A stretch of 64,000 nucleotides of DNA from Raillietiella orientalis (lineage: Eukaryota). The notes below the pieces were generated by a model that ran no database searches, was not told where the DNA came from, and worked only from the letters and a program-made list of their open reading frames with translations. Below, in pieces: positions 50,999-64,000 of this stretch. The stretch spans positions 620,001 through 684,000 of the forward strand of contig JAYWIR010000011.1 of NCBI GenBank assembly GCA_036172245.1, given 5' to 3'. Every line of letters begins with the position of its first letter. Positions within the stretch are counted from its first letter, which is position 1. A program made the position numbers and the translations under genes.

Positions 50999-52881
50999 CT
51001 AATAATGGTTGGATGTTTTCAGAGAAGTTGCTTTGCTCTGCTCAAACTGATCAACATGAATCTTAATACGATTAGCATCACTACACTGGTGAGTTGGTTT
51101 TGATATGCTCCCATTAAAACCAAAGGAGTAAGGAACAAAGATGCGTACAGCATCTGAATTGTTGGATAATTTTGGACAAGGGGATTCATGAATATCATTC
51201 ATTGATATTATTGCTCCTCCATTTAATCTCCGTCTTGGGAGGACACTTGGAGGAGCTGAACAACAAATATCTTCTACAAAAAAGCTACATGTATCCCCTA
51301 AATGGGCTGAATCTGCACCAAGTGACATTAATTCAAATGCTGAAGATGCCAAAGAAGTGGAGGAATTTCTAGCATCCATAAGAGAACTAACTTCATCTAC
51401 ACTGAGCATCTCATGGGACTGAAGAGATAACTGGGAAGGAAGATGATAAACACTTTGCACTGCAACTCCAAGAATTTCCAGATCCTGACGTCTCAACAAT
51501 CCTTCTTGAAGTTGTGTTTCTTCTACAGAACGCTTAGCTTTAGAAAACAAACAAGGTTCAACAAGACCAAATGGCCGCTGTGGTAATTCATTATTGGGAG
51601 TGGGTTCCAACGGAAGTAATTTAGCATACAACAAGTCTTTTATACACTTTTTCAGACTTTCAATAACATAATCATCATCATAATGGAAATCACTCTCTAA
51701 ATGATCCTGAAGAAAGCCAAGAATATCTTCCATGCCAAGAGTCATCAGTGTGTGCCGATGCAACTTGAGAATGTTAAAAGCTTGAGCAAGTAGCACAGAT
51801 TCTCCTTCCAGCAAATATATATCCCACAATCGCAATGCCAAGTGAAAAGGAACCTGCAATAGATGGCACAATAGAACACCAATGCTACACCTACTCGGTC
51901 CAAGAAGCATTGAAAGAACCATTTCAGTGTGTATATACATGTATCAATTCCTTGACGCTCTAGATGGCGTTGCAACTTAGGTAGCATTTTAAGGAGCACT
52001 TGGTCATGTCGCTGCTGAAAACGACGTAATTTGGGAAAATTGGGGATGAAGAAGCCATGCATAGCATATCGAGGATCAGCCATAAGAGCAGATAGGCCCC
52101 AAAAGGCACTCTCCTCATCCATATACATGAGTAGAAGAGCAGCTAACTGTGACATTCCTTGGCAATATCCCAGTTCTGAATTATAAATGCTGTAAGCAGC
52201 TAGGATAGTAAAGAGCGCTTTTTGCTGCAATCCATAACGTTCTCGAAACATCTCATGGTCTCGGTATGTGCGATTCACATCTAGGTCAATCTGTCGCACA
52301 TCCTCTGACCACTGTCTTGCCAAGGCGCACATTTCCTTAAAACAAGGCTTTGTTTTCATTTTCTAATGTTATAAATTCTAACCTGATATTTTCCTTTTTG
52401 CTCCTGCTTCAGCCGATTCACTCCTAAAAGTCGTTCCCAAACACATCCACGTAAACAATCAGGGATGCCTTTATAGATCCTTCTGTGCAGTTTCAAGGAT
52501 TTGGAAGGAAATTGTTTGTTCCAGCTAACCAACATCCGTCTCCATTTTTTCACACGACGCATTTCCACTTGCAGAAGATGCTCTTCTGTCTGATCCTTAA
52601 CATGAGGCAATCTTCTGTCACTGTATTAAAGGATGAAAATGCACATTAATGCACTGAAAAAGTACTTACTGAATAAAGCCATAACGATCAGTAAAATGAT
52701 AAATATCAAAACCCGGGTCTTCCCATGGGTCAATTTTTAATCCTCCTTCCCGACCTTGGTCATACTTAGCAAAAATAGCATTTCTCTCAGCTTGAACATT
52801 TTCAGAAGGATCTTCATCTTCCTCTCCATCCCCACTACTATCAATGTGGGTGATACTTGCTGTAAGTGTACTAGTACTCAT
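50999..52881 (-). CDS. USP6NL: USP6 N-terminal-like / RN-tre TBC-domain Rab GTPase-activating protein, 4 exons (52670-52881, 52383-52620, 51895-52335, 50999-51853)
   Basis: N-terminal ER..I..KYD.GR...IDPWED....Y..TDRYGFIH motif; RIYKGIP...RG; catalytic IDLDVNRT (Arg finger) and GYCQGM (Gln finger); [16 protein letters not shown]. Introns of 49, 47 and 41 nt. Confidence 0.9.
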
Positions 52882-53215
52882 CCTGCAAGCAGGGGTACAG
52901 ATTGACCCCTGCTACACTGTCTAATAACTGAAACCTGAATATGAAATGCTCAGAATTTAAAAGTATTCTGCTGCAAGCAAGAATTATAGTGGTGTCTACT
53001 CAGATGGCATCAGCCTACCACATGTTTGAAGTTATCTTAAACTTGTATGTGCATATCTATAGGATTCTTTGCAAAAATCTAAACCCATGTATATCTTGCC
53101 ACAAGACAACCACACTGTTACCCACATTCTCATCCCCATCTGATCAATAAAGCTACTGCTGTACTTGCAAACTGAAGCATATTGCATTGTGTTGTAACAT
53201 TGCAAGAGAGAGTAT

Positions 53216-55192
53216 TCAAGCAGCTAGACCAGCTTGCTGACGTCCTTTCTGCATAAGTGCTCTTAATAAAAACTGCTGGCGGGATAAGTTGCGCACATGA
53301 CGCAAAAACACATCCAGATCGATGGCAAAGCGCCGTAAACCTTCTCCAAGATAATAAACTGCATCCTGTATGGCGTTCTCTTCCACATAAGCATTCACAA
53401 TTCTGATATCTATTGAAACGTGTTTTCTTTGGTATGCTTACTGTTTATAAAGAGGTGCAGCAGGAACAATTGCTTCATCAACATCTAAGTCATCTTCCTG
53501 TTGAGCTTTAGCAAGACATTCATCTAGTTCACGTTGCCTCCTCTTCAAAAGTGCTACTGTATCTTCCATCTGTCCCTGGATTCTATACTACATATGTAGG
53601 TGAATTTTTAATCACTAACCTGTTCTTGTTTCAAGCGTCTTTGCAGATCCTGAATATGCCCATGACCTCTTTTTAAATCAGTCTGTGTGCGGCGGAGCAC
53701 ATCAGTTTCAGCTTGTAGCTGATCATGTAACTCTGTTAACTGTTGTTTGATTGTGTGTTCCAATGCACTTATCATGGATAGTCGAATGTGATCTTCAGAA
53801 ATTGACCCAGCAATTTTGGGCTGGAAATATGCATAAACTTTTTTGGTTGGCACTTTCACCAACTCACCTGAATAGGACCATGATAATTAGGAAAAGGCTG
53901 AATGCTAAGTCCTGAAGGATAGGGAGTGGTACTTCCTGTTGCATATGGAGGTAAAGAAGATGGATAAGGAGGGATCGAAGTAAACGGAGTAGGATAAGGG
54001 CAACCACCGGATGTCCCAGAAGAATCTATAAACCATTTTGCACAAAGGCACTTTAACATATAATTGCATTTGCATAAAAGGTATATTCATATACTACGAT
54101 AAAAAAAACTGAACATACTGGGTGGTAATGAAGGCTTTCCATAACCATAAGGGTAAAGCATAGGATTTGGCTTCATCATCACAGGAATGCTATCCCCAAA
54201 TACACCAATCATTATCTGAATAAGTGAGAGCAGATCTGATGTGCTCTAAAAATCAAAATCAGAATCCAAAAATCAAATGTCGATTAGTACACACTGCATT
54301 CCACTCATGTAGGTAAGGTAAATAAACTTTTCCATTGTGATCCACATATCTTGATATTTGGATTACCATATCTTCAGTAGGATCAACCATGCAGATTGGA
54401 GCATTTCCTGGATGGGTGTCCAACAACCAGACACTTATAGGAATGTTGTATGTTGCTTCTGTATACATATCAAAGCTCCAATAATTGAAACATCAAATTA
54501 ACAAATGTTTATTGATGAAGATGTACCTTTTTTATCACAATTCTTTGTCAAATATAAGATTTAACATTCTGAGAGAGTTTACTGTGACCAGTAATGAATT
54601 AGTGCATGCTACATTTTACGTCACTTTGAGAGATATGTGAATATTGATACATCATAAAAATTAATCGCAATGCTAGTTACCCATTTTCAACATAGACATA
54701 GGAAAAGCATAACGCACCTCTATATAGAACAGGAATAACACCAGTAAGTCTAAGTAATTCCATTGAGGTACCATCCTGAAACACTAAAAAAAATTAACAA
54801 TTCCCCATCTCTACCATTTAATAAGTATCACTGAAGTGACAAGACATAATTAACAACCAATAACTTGGAGGCTGTGGATAATTTTCTGTTAACAAAAATG
54901 CCATAGATAATACTATTTCATATCTGTTCAACAATATATCATGATTTCATACCAAATGAACTAAATTTGGGTTCGAGTCCTGGGTACTGGGCCACCACAT
55001 TTTTGATCTCATATTTAACAGTGGACTTATTTCGATACTAGAAAACAAAATTGCGTAATAAAAACTCGTATGAAATACCAGGATAACTTAAATTCCAGCA
55101 AACAAACTGGATTTTAAATTCTCTTATACCTATTTGCATACAAATAATATTTCACTACTCACCGTGTTGGTTAGTTTTGTTTCAAAATCCAT
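53216..55192 (-). CDS. TSG101: Tumor susceptibility gene 101 (ESCRT-I subunit, Vps23), 9 exons (55163-55192, 54953-55037, 54718-54783, 54295-54458, 54119-54245, 53868-54025, 53620-53820, 53442-53575, 53216-53402)
   Basis: UEV domain (LTGVIPVLYR.ATYNIPISVWLLDTHP...VDHNGKVYLPYLHEW), Pro/Tyr-rich linker, coiled coil (ISEDHIRLSMISA...), and steadiness box (EENAIQDAVYYLGEGLRR..IDLDVFLRHVRNLSRQQFLLRALMQK). Confidence 0.95.
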
Positions 55193-55989
55193 ATCCGTGG
55201 CCAGTCGCGAACACATTACAACCCATAATCTTTACGAAGTTAATATCCGATTTTGGTTAGTTCATCTGAAATCTTTAATTGTTTCACAACTTTCGGGAAC
55301 CAAAATGTCATTCTCACGCGCAATTTTTTTCTTATCAAAAAACATTTTAAATGAAGAATCTAGTAAAATACCAACATACGTAAAACGATACCAAAATTTA
55401 TAATCATTCTCGTTATAACTAGGGGGGGGGGGAGTTCCACATGTACAACAACAAGTTAACGGGGTTTTCTTGACTATCAAGTGCCTACTTACATGAAAGA
55501 TAACCGAGTACGTTTCCAAATCACGCATGATTAGAACAGCAATAAACTGACACTGACTGCGTATTTTGTAGTATGGGTACGTAAAGTGTGTTCTTGAAGT
55601 GTGAATATTTTTCAGTGTTTGAACAAAAACAGAAAGTTTAGCACGAATGCCGTACACACTTCATCGGGCAGGGCCTAGCATTCTAAACTTACAACTGCAT
55701 GGTTAATCGAGTCACCCCCCCCCCCCCCGACCTCCTGCTCCTCCTCGAAACTGGTTTTGTGATTTTCATCGATTGAAACCAGAACAAGTAGGGCACACTT
55801 TCCTGGCTGCTGAACCCTTCGAAAAAGGGAGGGGGAACAGAAGAAAAAAAAAGGATATCTCAAAGGAACTCTTCAGGTTGGACGGTTTCAACAGCCTGGC
55901 TGAAAACGGTTCACAAAGGCTTGCAATATTTGTCAAAGGAAAAAGGAAAAAACAATTCGAGATCTCCCCCCATGTTTCGATGCACACAT

Positions 55990-56560
55990 ATGCTCGGCAA
56001 TTTAAACTACTGGTACCTCAGGAGAACCGAAACGTAGTACTTGTGGGGCAAAGTCGAAACAAAATGCGTACGAGCTCGGGGGGAAGGGATCAGCGGGGAA
56101 AGATTTCTTCCCTCTCTCCCGAGGGTGGTTCGCCAGGCACGCCCCCTCCCCCCTTCCATCTGCCAGGGCTGCGCGGGACGTTTCGCCGAATCGCCTGGGG
56201 TTCTCCGTCCCAGTCCCCCTTTTTTCGGAGGGGAAACAGATCAACTATTCGGGATGGGATGCTGAAAGCTGCATCCCATCGCAAATGGGGCGGTTGCTCG
56301 CATTTGGAAAGCGAAGGGCGGACTTCCCCCTATCGGGAAAGTTGGCAATCGTGGAACTTTTACGTCCACTGCCATTCACCACCACCACCACCAAGCGGGG
56401 TAGCAAACGGCATTGCAAACGTGAAGGTGGCATCAGAAAGATGCCCACCCTCCGAACGACAGGCTGAGTCCGTGCGAAATGTACGGTACACAGACAACGC
56501 CAAGCATCGAGGTACTTTCCATCGAATCGCTTGCAAAAACGATCCAGGTTTCTTCAGTTT
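55990..56560 (+). mobile_element. Probable LINE ORF2 thumb-region remnant
   Basis: GC-rich island in AT-rich intergenic DNA, with TTCCCTCTCTCCCGAGGGTGGT (~56108) resembling a frameshifted LP...GG motif seen in the other remnants. Confidence 0.3.
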
Positions 56561-59500
56561 CTAATGTTTGCTTTCAAAGAATCACATGAAAACAAATAGC
56601 TGGGAGTTTTTTATCCTTCAGCACAAACTAAATCACAAATAATTCACTTTGAGGAAACACTCTGGACATCTTTAGAATGAAACTGCTTGCTCATGGAGCA
56701 ATTCGACAGGAAGCACGATAAAGGCATAATTGTACATATGTCAAATTATTATCCACTTGGTAATTGTTTCTCATATATTGCCAAAGATTTCATTTCCAGA
56801 AGAGAAATGATCGTCGAAAGATTGATCATTTCCCTCACTTTCAGTTCTGCTCCCCCCAAAAAACTTTGCAGATGCATTTTTCGTTTGCTTTTGAAAATCA
56901 GCTGGATGCTGCATCTCGTGAAGTGCAAAACGGCATTAAGGAAGACACGCGGGACAAAAGATGCAGCACAATCCTTTATTGTGCTACTTTCTGCATGTGG
57001 GAAAGGTACTTGGAGTCTGTTCCATGAAAATTTTCTTTACATGCTCAACAAGTAAAAAAAAAAAAAAAAGACTTTACACTCTCTCGTGCATGCTAAAATT
57101 GAGCGATTCCTTAGAATAAGTTCCTAGGGTACCTGAGAAACACGGCCGAAAAAGTCAGGCTAGAAAACAGCAGCACTGTCTTAAGCTAAAGACTAAAGGA
57201 TTTAAAAGCAAATAGCAATAGGTGTAAGAGAATTTTACTCAAGCAGAGAGAGACAAACAGTTTTTCATTTCAAGCACTGTTAAATGCACTACTAAAATGG
57301 GGGGTGGGGGGATCCATGCTTTCTATTGAGATCGTCAGCATCCTTGCATCTAATTAATCATTACTTTTTATTAACACTTTAAAACAAGAAAGACTGGAAT
57401 CTACACGGCATTGCAAGAGATTGATGAACAAATTGTTAGAATACAATTCATTCCAATATTGAGAGTTTATATATGTTCTAAAGAGCTGAAAGAAACTACC
57501 ATTAGAGTTTTATTGCTTTTTTTATTAACCAAAATAATTTACACTTGCTAGATTATGGTTTGTAACTAATAAATATAATGATAATGAAGCAAACATGTTA
57601 TTCATCAGTAGACACTATTTGAATCTTGCATATTTCTTTGTAGATAACGAAAACAATTGTATTCCTATTTGGAACAGTGGAAGAATGAATTTAAATTCAG
57701 ATCATAGAAACTCAGTTTATGCATCCAACATGTCAAGATACGCTAGGGTTACTGAACACACCTAGTCTTAGATTTCATTTCTTGATCAAAAGCATCAGGG
57801 ATAATTCCATCTAAAGAAGTTACCCCAGAAAGTCTTTGGTTAGTGAGTGGTAACAAGCAGCAGGTGGTCATGTAATTCAGACAGCTGAGGAAGGAACAAT
57901 GCCGAACTTCGCAGATATCGAAAAAAACCTTGAAGAAATTGTCTATATAGAAGTGCATTTAAATTCTAGGAGAAGAACACGAACGGAATGAATTGCACTC
58001 TTCAACAAATGCTCAATTTCCAGCTTGAGACCTGCAACACATATTGAGCTTGATTCCTATCATGCAACCTGCCGTTGAAGCCGTAGACATCGATGTGTCA
58101 ATTGCATGCAGTTAACACAACAACTTGGAATTAGTAAAGTGCGAATTTAAATTACTGTATCATGTCCACATGATAGATTAACTAAAATTAACTAAAAGGC
58201 TCTTCAAGGTTTAGTTTCATGGAAGCTGATGCTGGAAGACTAGGCCCAGAAGATGCTGACTCACTGGAGCAGTTACGGATGACTTGTTTTCATGAATTGG
58301 GACTGGGCTGAGAATCGTGCACGAAAGTTAGGAATCATGAGGCTATTGAAATGAAGACATGCACAGGAATACAGGCCAAACATTGTTTGCAGATCGCGAA
58401 TGAATATAAAAGATGGAGGCCACGTCGGGAAAAAAAAATGCTCGTAACAAGACAGGGGAATGTTCCCACACCAGCTTTCAGCTCCTGAGGAAGCTTTTGT
58501 CCTAAGAAAAAAAAAGAAAAAATATGGACTAATACACAAAGTCTAGAGATTCCCACATTTATACGTAGTGTGCGAAAAATTGAGGTAACATGCAAGAAAT
58601 TACATTCATTCAATTAAGAACCATCTTAAAGAACTTGAATCACAGTCGGTGAAAAAAATCAACACGATTGAATTTTCACTCATCGGAATACCTACTCAGT
58701 ATTCGTCGTATTAAAAGTGTTTGAATATTTATTCACCTTGTGACAAATAACTGATTTGGCGAACTGTACTATCTATTTTAAAACCCTAATAACAAAAGGG
58801 ATGAGGGAAAAAGTATCTTGTGTTTCCTACTTCTGATCTCAAGCAGGAAACCAGCGATCCATCACATACTCCAAAATTGTTTGCTACGATTTCTGCGGTC
58901 TCTCCTTAACTAAAAGGATAAACAGTGTTCTTCTCCCTAATATTGGGAGAATACTTTAAAGTTGAATCCTTAAAATAAACTCCTAGCATTAGAGGGAAGT
59001 ATATTGTGACGAAACTCCTAGTTATATTCTTCATCATCAAATGTTAGATATGAATATGCCTAAAATATTCATCTCATGGTAATGAGTTTTCTGATCCTGC
59101 TCTTCACGTTCCGCATCCTTGATGTAAGCGATCATTGAAAGTAACTCTTTTCTTGGAAGTCATTAGTGAGTTTCCATAGTATAAACCCAATCTGATCTTC
59201 CCACAGTTTAATTCTTGGATTCACTACATTACATAGTAAAAAGTACTCTTTCAGGGTAACTGAACTGTAGAAACATTTATAGCTCTCGGTACCAGCGATA
59301 TGTGAGATGACACTACAATACTTTGCATTTTGCGATCCATAACTTATGTTGTGCCGAGCCAAGGCACCCATAGCATTTCATTTTGTATGCTTATATCTCA
59401 GAAATCAAGTGACTTCAACTGACAAAAAATTTTTGCTGCGATTTTTCTTAAGCGTTTACTGGTAACAGTAATACATCAAATAATCATGTAACCAATAGTA

Positions 59501-61509
59501 GGTAATCATCATTGGTGATCGGTATTTTCATCAGGCTCTGCAGATCTAGACGCCTTTGAATGCACAATTATGCAAAAATCACTCGGGAAAGCTAAGTGTT
59601 TTCGAGACGACACAATATTTCCCTTCTAGATCATAACATGATCTCTTGGAGTTATTTGAATCTAATTTTTATTCATAATCACATCATTTGCGTGTATGTG
59701 CACAAATGGCTTTAATAGAAAGTCACAGCTTCATTTTTTAGATACTTGTGTGCTAAATTCTAAAATTCATTATTCTTTTTCTGACAAATTCGTTTGGTCT
59801 TTGCTCATTGCATCGCACGAACACATTTCAGGGAATTGAAAATTATTACTAAGAATTTTAAAAGTGCTAGCAATTTTGTCCAGTTGAAAAGTGCACAATG
59901 GAAACTCAGCCTTTGAATCACTATTTTCACATCTGTTCCCTGTGATAATTCAACAAAGATTATTGCAATCTCGAACATAGTGCTTTTCTGGTAATATTAT
60001 ATAATGACTTTTGTCATGTGGGTCATCAAGGCGGAGACATTGACCCCTAAGTAATGTAGCGAAAACATGATATGAATTTCCTGATTCCATCCTGCAGTTA
60101 ATAACCTAGTAATTAATTATCAGATAAATAGTGTCAAGATGATTGCGATCTTACTTTTTAGTTGAGCACTGATGACAAGTCGTCAGAATTATTCAAAAGT
60201 AAAAACTAACAATTTGAGTACTGATATTTCAAAATTTTCAAATATCAATTGCAAAATTTGTAGATCACTTAAGAAATAAATACAAATATACATGGATCTG
60301 CCAATTCACTATTCCGCATAATTAAGTTCGATGTCTTTAAAAAATTTCTCAGAATGTTTTGAGAAAATTCATCATCTCAAAGGAAGCACACTGAGTGCAT
60401 AGTTACAATAATGCGAATGTGGAATGTGGTGATTTCAAATAATTATAACAAATTATTACAATGAGATTCCTATTGATTAGTTTTAGATTAAAAACAAAGT
60501 AATCCCAAACAAAGCGACGGTTAGATATTTGTCTGTTATATTACTTATTGATTACTTCTGATTGGAAAATAAGATATCACAAATTTCGATTAATTTTTTC
60601 CATTGTCGGACTGCTATCTGAGCGTGCAAAGTAAATTAATTAATATCATCGTAAGGGGAAGGAATACCTATATCTAAGATGTAGTCAAATAATTGCAACT
60701 AAGACTAAGCAGCCACGATTTTTTCACAGAATAAAAAATTAAAAAAATCCTAATTTTCTCCCCCAATTTTTTTCATTCTCTGTGAAGGAGTTTTCCATTT
60801 TCTTTAAAGAAATGGACCTGGGTTTCAAGCCCTACCATACAAGTGAAAATATTTTAACCATATTTCGTGGGTTCATCATTAGTTTGCCCTGAGCAATGCA
60901 CAAAGTGCCCACCGATCCAGCCTAAAGTGTTACGAGTTGCAAAAAGTTGAATCTAGAGCTCACTGAATATTGCTAACAAACATGGATGTTTCGTAAAATG
61001 CTTATTCCACCCCAATATCTGTCCTTTTGTTTCAAATGACATAATATCGTATTGAGATATTCTCAGCGATTTTTGGCATATTTCCTATTCATAAGAAGCT
61101 TGAAACTTTTGTGTATTTAGAAGACTGCTCATTACATGACTTTGTTTTTTAAGCCATGCCTCGTAAATCTCCGCGAACCGTAGATTACTAATATTTGAAA
61201 GGAGTCTTGAATATGTAACCAAGAATTACTTTCTCGTTTTTTTTTTTTTTTTTTTTCTTTCTCCTGCTGCAGAATTTATACGGAAATATCCCAGTTTGTT
61301 TGTTTTGCTTTTGGCGAAGTTTCGCTACAGTTTGGTACTTGGGCTAGAAATAGTTCTAGACGTAAACGCTAGATTGTTGGAGTGATGAGAGCCGTAAATG
61401 CAGTGGAGGCCGAGTTGGATAGAGGAAGGACTGATTGAAGTTTCTGATTTTCAGTGATCTTTAAAGTTTATCGCGATGTAAATAGTTTCTGCAAAGTAGT
61501 GGGAAATCC

Positions 61510-63692
61510 ATGTCTGCGGAACTCCGCACGAACTCTGCTGTGCTTAAGAGAGCCGAACAGATAAAACGATGGAATGAGTCTGAAACCAACAAAGAATCAC
61601 ATCTATTTAAAGAAAAGCAGAGGAAGACCAATTTCTTAGATAGCTATGTATTTCTGGCGGCTTGTTATGCCGGTGATAAGGAGGAAGTTATTAAATTACT
61701 GGAGAAAGGGGCGGATATTAACACTCCAAATGCTGATGGGTTGACTGCATTGCATCAAGTAAGTCTGCTCCTAAAAATGGTTTGGCCTGTGTAAATTTTC
61801 GTTTTCTCGGGTTCTTAATCCTGTCATAAAACCGTTAACCCGTACACCTAATCTGAGGTAAAATTAACACGAGTACAGTGTAACCTAAGTGAAAAGAAAA
61901 AAGGACATAAATAGGAATTTCTGAATTACCTCTTTATAATATTTAACTTGTTTAGCAACATCAGATCATAATAGGAAAAGGCGTGGTCATAAAGAGCAAA
62001 ACAGTAATTATGAATGTGCATATTATTGATGTAAAGTCGTTGGTGGAAATAGTGTAGTTTCATGGTGAGTGGAATTTAAGTTGGGAACATGCTTGCTAAA
62101 CAGAAATTAGGTAAAGCAATAGTAAAAGCGCATCTGGACTCATGTATAAACTTTTGGAGTTATTAATTGACTCATTTTTCTTGGTGACTGTATTTTTTTT
62201 TCCAGTCATGGTTATTTGATCATTTCATGTCATAATCATATTGCTCATAATATTGTGCATTCATTGTACAATGCACTAGCAGGACGCAACTTGACATAGC
62301 ATACCTGTAAATTTGAAAATCACTTTTTAACATGTTATACTGTTATATTTCAGCTAGAAAAATGAATTTGTTCATTTTGTTAAATATGATACAAAAAACG
62401 TCATGTGCTTCTGACCAAGTAAAAGTCATTATTCTGAGGAATGCCGTTGCATTTTTAGCCCCGTTTTTTGCAAAGTAGGGTTGTTATTAAGAAGTTAACG
62501 AACAAGAGTACTAGTTTCCGTAGAAAGGAGTTATATTGTTTAACTCATGAAATGATTGATAATGAATTTCAGCAGCAAAGAGTAAAATATTATTCGAATT
62601 CTTCATACACTAAATCTTCAAAACGAAAATTTTATACGTTTTAACATTGAAGATTACATGAGCTTTAAGTCCAATGATCTTATTTTTGTTAAAGATTGCT
62701 ATACCAATCAGTGATCCAATATGTGAACAGATCTCTTCTTATTTAATAGGCCTTTTATGGATATATGGCTTGGTTTGTAAGGTAACATGCACGCAAACAA
62801 AGTATCATTTATAACAAAAGTATCCTTGCAATGTTCAGATAATTGAGTGTTTTTTAACGAGATTTAGTTTTCGATTTCACTTTCTTCATAATCTTTAACA
62901 AACATTACTTCGAATTCTTTAGTAGTAAGTTAGTTGGCAATATAAATCATTTATCAAAGAATTAAGTAGATATATGTTTAATTTTCCTTTTTTTGCATAA
63001 TTCAATGCTATTCAATCAATTTTAGCCAGTACATAGTTTGAAAACTTTCATTTTTTACTTTATCGTTTTAATTTGAAGATTATTTCCTTGCAATATAAGT
63101 TTCATGTTCATTCAGTTGTGTTGCTTTGATTTTTCTGGGGAAAATATTGATGGCCAGATGAGTATACTTTTATGAATAAGTCACAATTATGTTTAAAGCT
63201 TGAAAAAAAATTGCTGATGTACATAAGTTTATTATTTCAAGGATTACTGACTATGTTTATATGTCTTTAAAAAAGATCTTCGTGCCAATAGTATTGTATC
63301 CTTGATGCGTTATGTTTGGTTCCATTTCATATAAAATGAAGGATGCAGTATGATTGGCTTTGTGGATACAAGAATAAACATTGCCAATTTTAGGCATGTA
63401 TTGATGATAACTTAGATATGGTGGAATTCCTCTTGAATCATGGAGCAGATATCAATAGAGCAGATAATGAAGGCTGGACACCTCTACATGCAACAGCTTC
63501 TTGTGGTTTTATTAGTATTGCTAAGTATGGGTGTCTATTAACAATCAAACATTTATGGCAATTTCATTATCAGACATTTGATTGAAAGAGGAGCAGATTT
63601 AGTTGCTGTTAACAATGATGGTGATCTACCATATGATATTGCTGAATCTGATGCTATGGAGGAATATTTGCTTTCAATAATTGAACAAAAAG
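61510..63692 (+). CDS. PPP1R12A: Myosin phosphatase targeting subunit (MYPT1/PPP1R12 family), first three coding exons (61510-61758, 63394-63524, 63574-63692); gene continues beyond the window
   Basis: MyPhoNE motif RAEQIKRW, then VFLAAC and ankyrin repeats GADIN.PNADGLTALHQ|ACIDDNLDMVEFL...DNEGWTPLHATASCG...AVNNDGDLPYDIAE. The exact paralogue cannot be fixed in an invertebrate. Confidence 0.88.
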
Positions 63693-64000
63693 GCATGTAT
63701 GAAACATGTTGTGAGTGTGAAGTATGTTTTCGATTGAGTGTTCGCATTTTCAGTAAAAAGTATTCTTTAGAAATAATATCACGAATCATTGTATTGATAT
63801 CAGTTAAGGTATATCTGTTGTTCCTGGAATGCAGAACTCAGTGCACAGTGTAAAAAATAATGATTAACCTCGAAGACTTGCACACTGAGTTATATATATA
63901 TATATATAACAGGCAAACATAGAAATTTGAATTTGTGGAAAGTTTTGCTTTTAATCAATTATCCAGCAGCATTGTGCATATTTTTTTCCATTTCTTACCA

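Noticed and set aside
54968..54985. GGTTCGAGTCC tRNA-like motif
   Set aside because: It is the antisense of TSG101 exon 2 codons (PGLEP); coincidental.
55417..55730. Poly-G and poly-C runs ~290 bp apart resembling terminal inverted repeats
   Set aside because: Complementarity is limited to the homopolymers; no TSD.

Overview
Eukaryotic (invertebrate metazoan, plausibly arthropod-like) genomic window with no prokaryotic features. Five intron-containing housekeeping genes can be reconstructed by hand: DNA polymerase theta (POLQ/mus308, minus, ~15.6-28.7 kb), a FAAH2-like amidase (plus, 37.6-46.2 kb), a USP6NL/RN-tre-like TBC Rab-GAP (minus, 51.0-52.9 kb), TSG101 (minus, 53.2-55.2 kb) and the 5' part of a MYPT1/PPP1R12-like gene (plus, from 61.5 kb, running off the window). 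Most introns are only 39-52 nt, often with no polypyrimidine tract. The first ~14.8 kb is GC-rich and packed with decayed L1/Tx1-type non-LTR retrotransposon fragments in both orientations; more such remnants lie at ~31-33, ~47.4-49.7 and ~56 kb. The most interesting leads are: a possible TSG101-TBC dicistronic unit, a candidate decayed viral/env glycoprotein at 33.3-35.5 kb, two template-switch-like scars (31.55 kb and 48.55 kb), a probable GC splice donor and a degenerate RVxF motif in MYPT1. All calls come from reading motifs by eye; no database searches were run.
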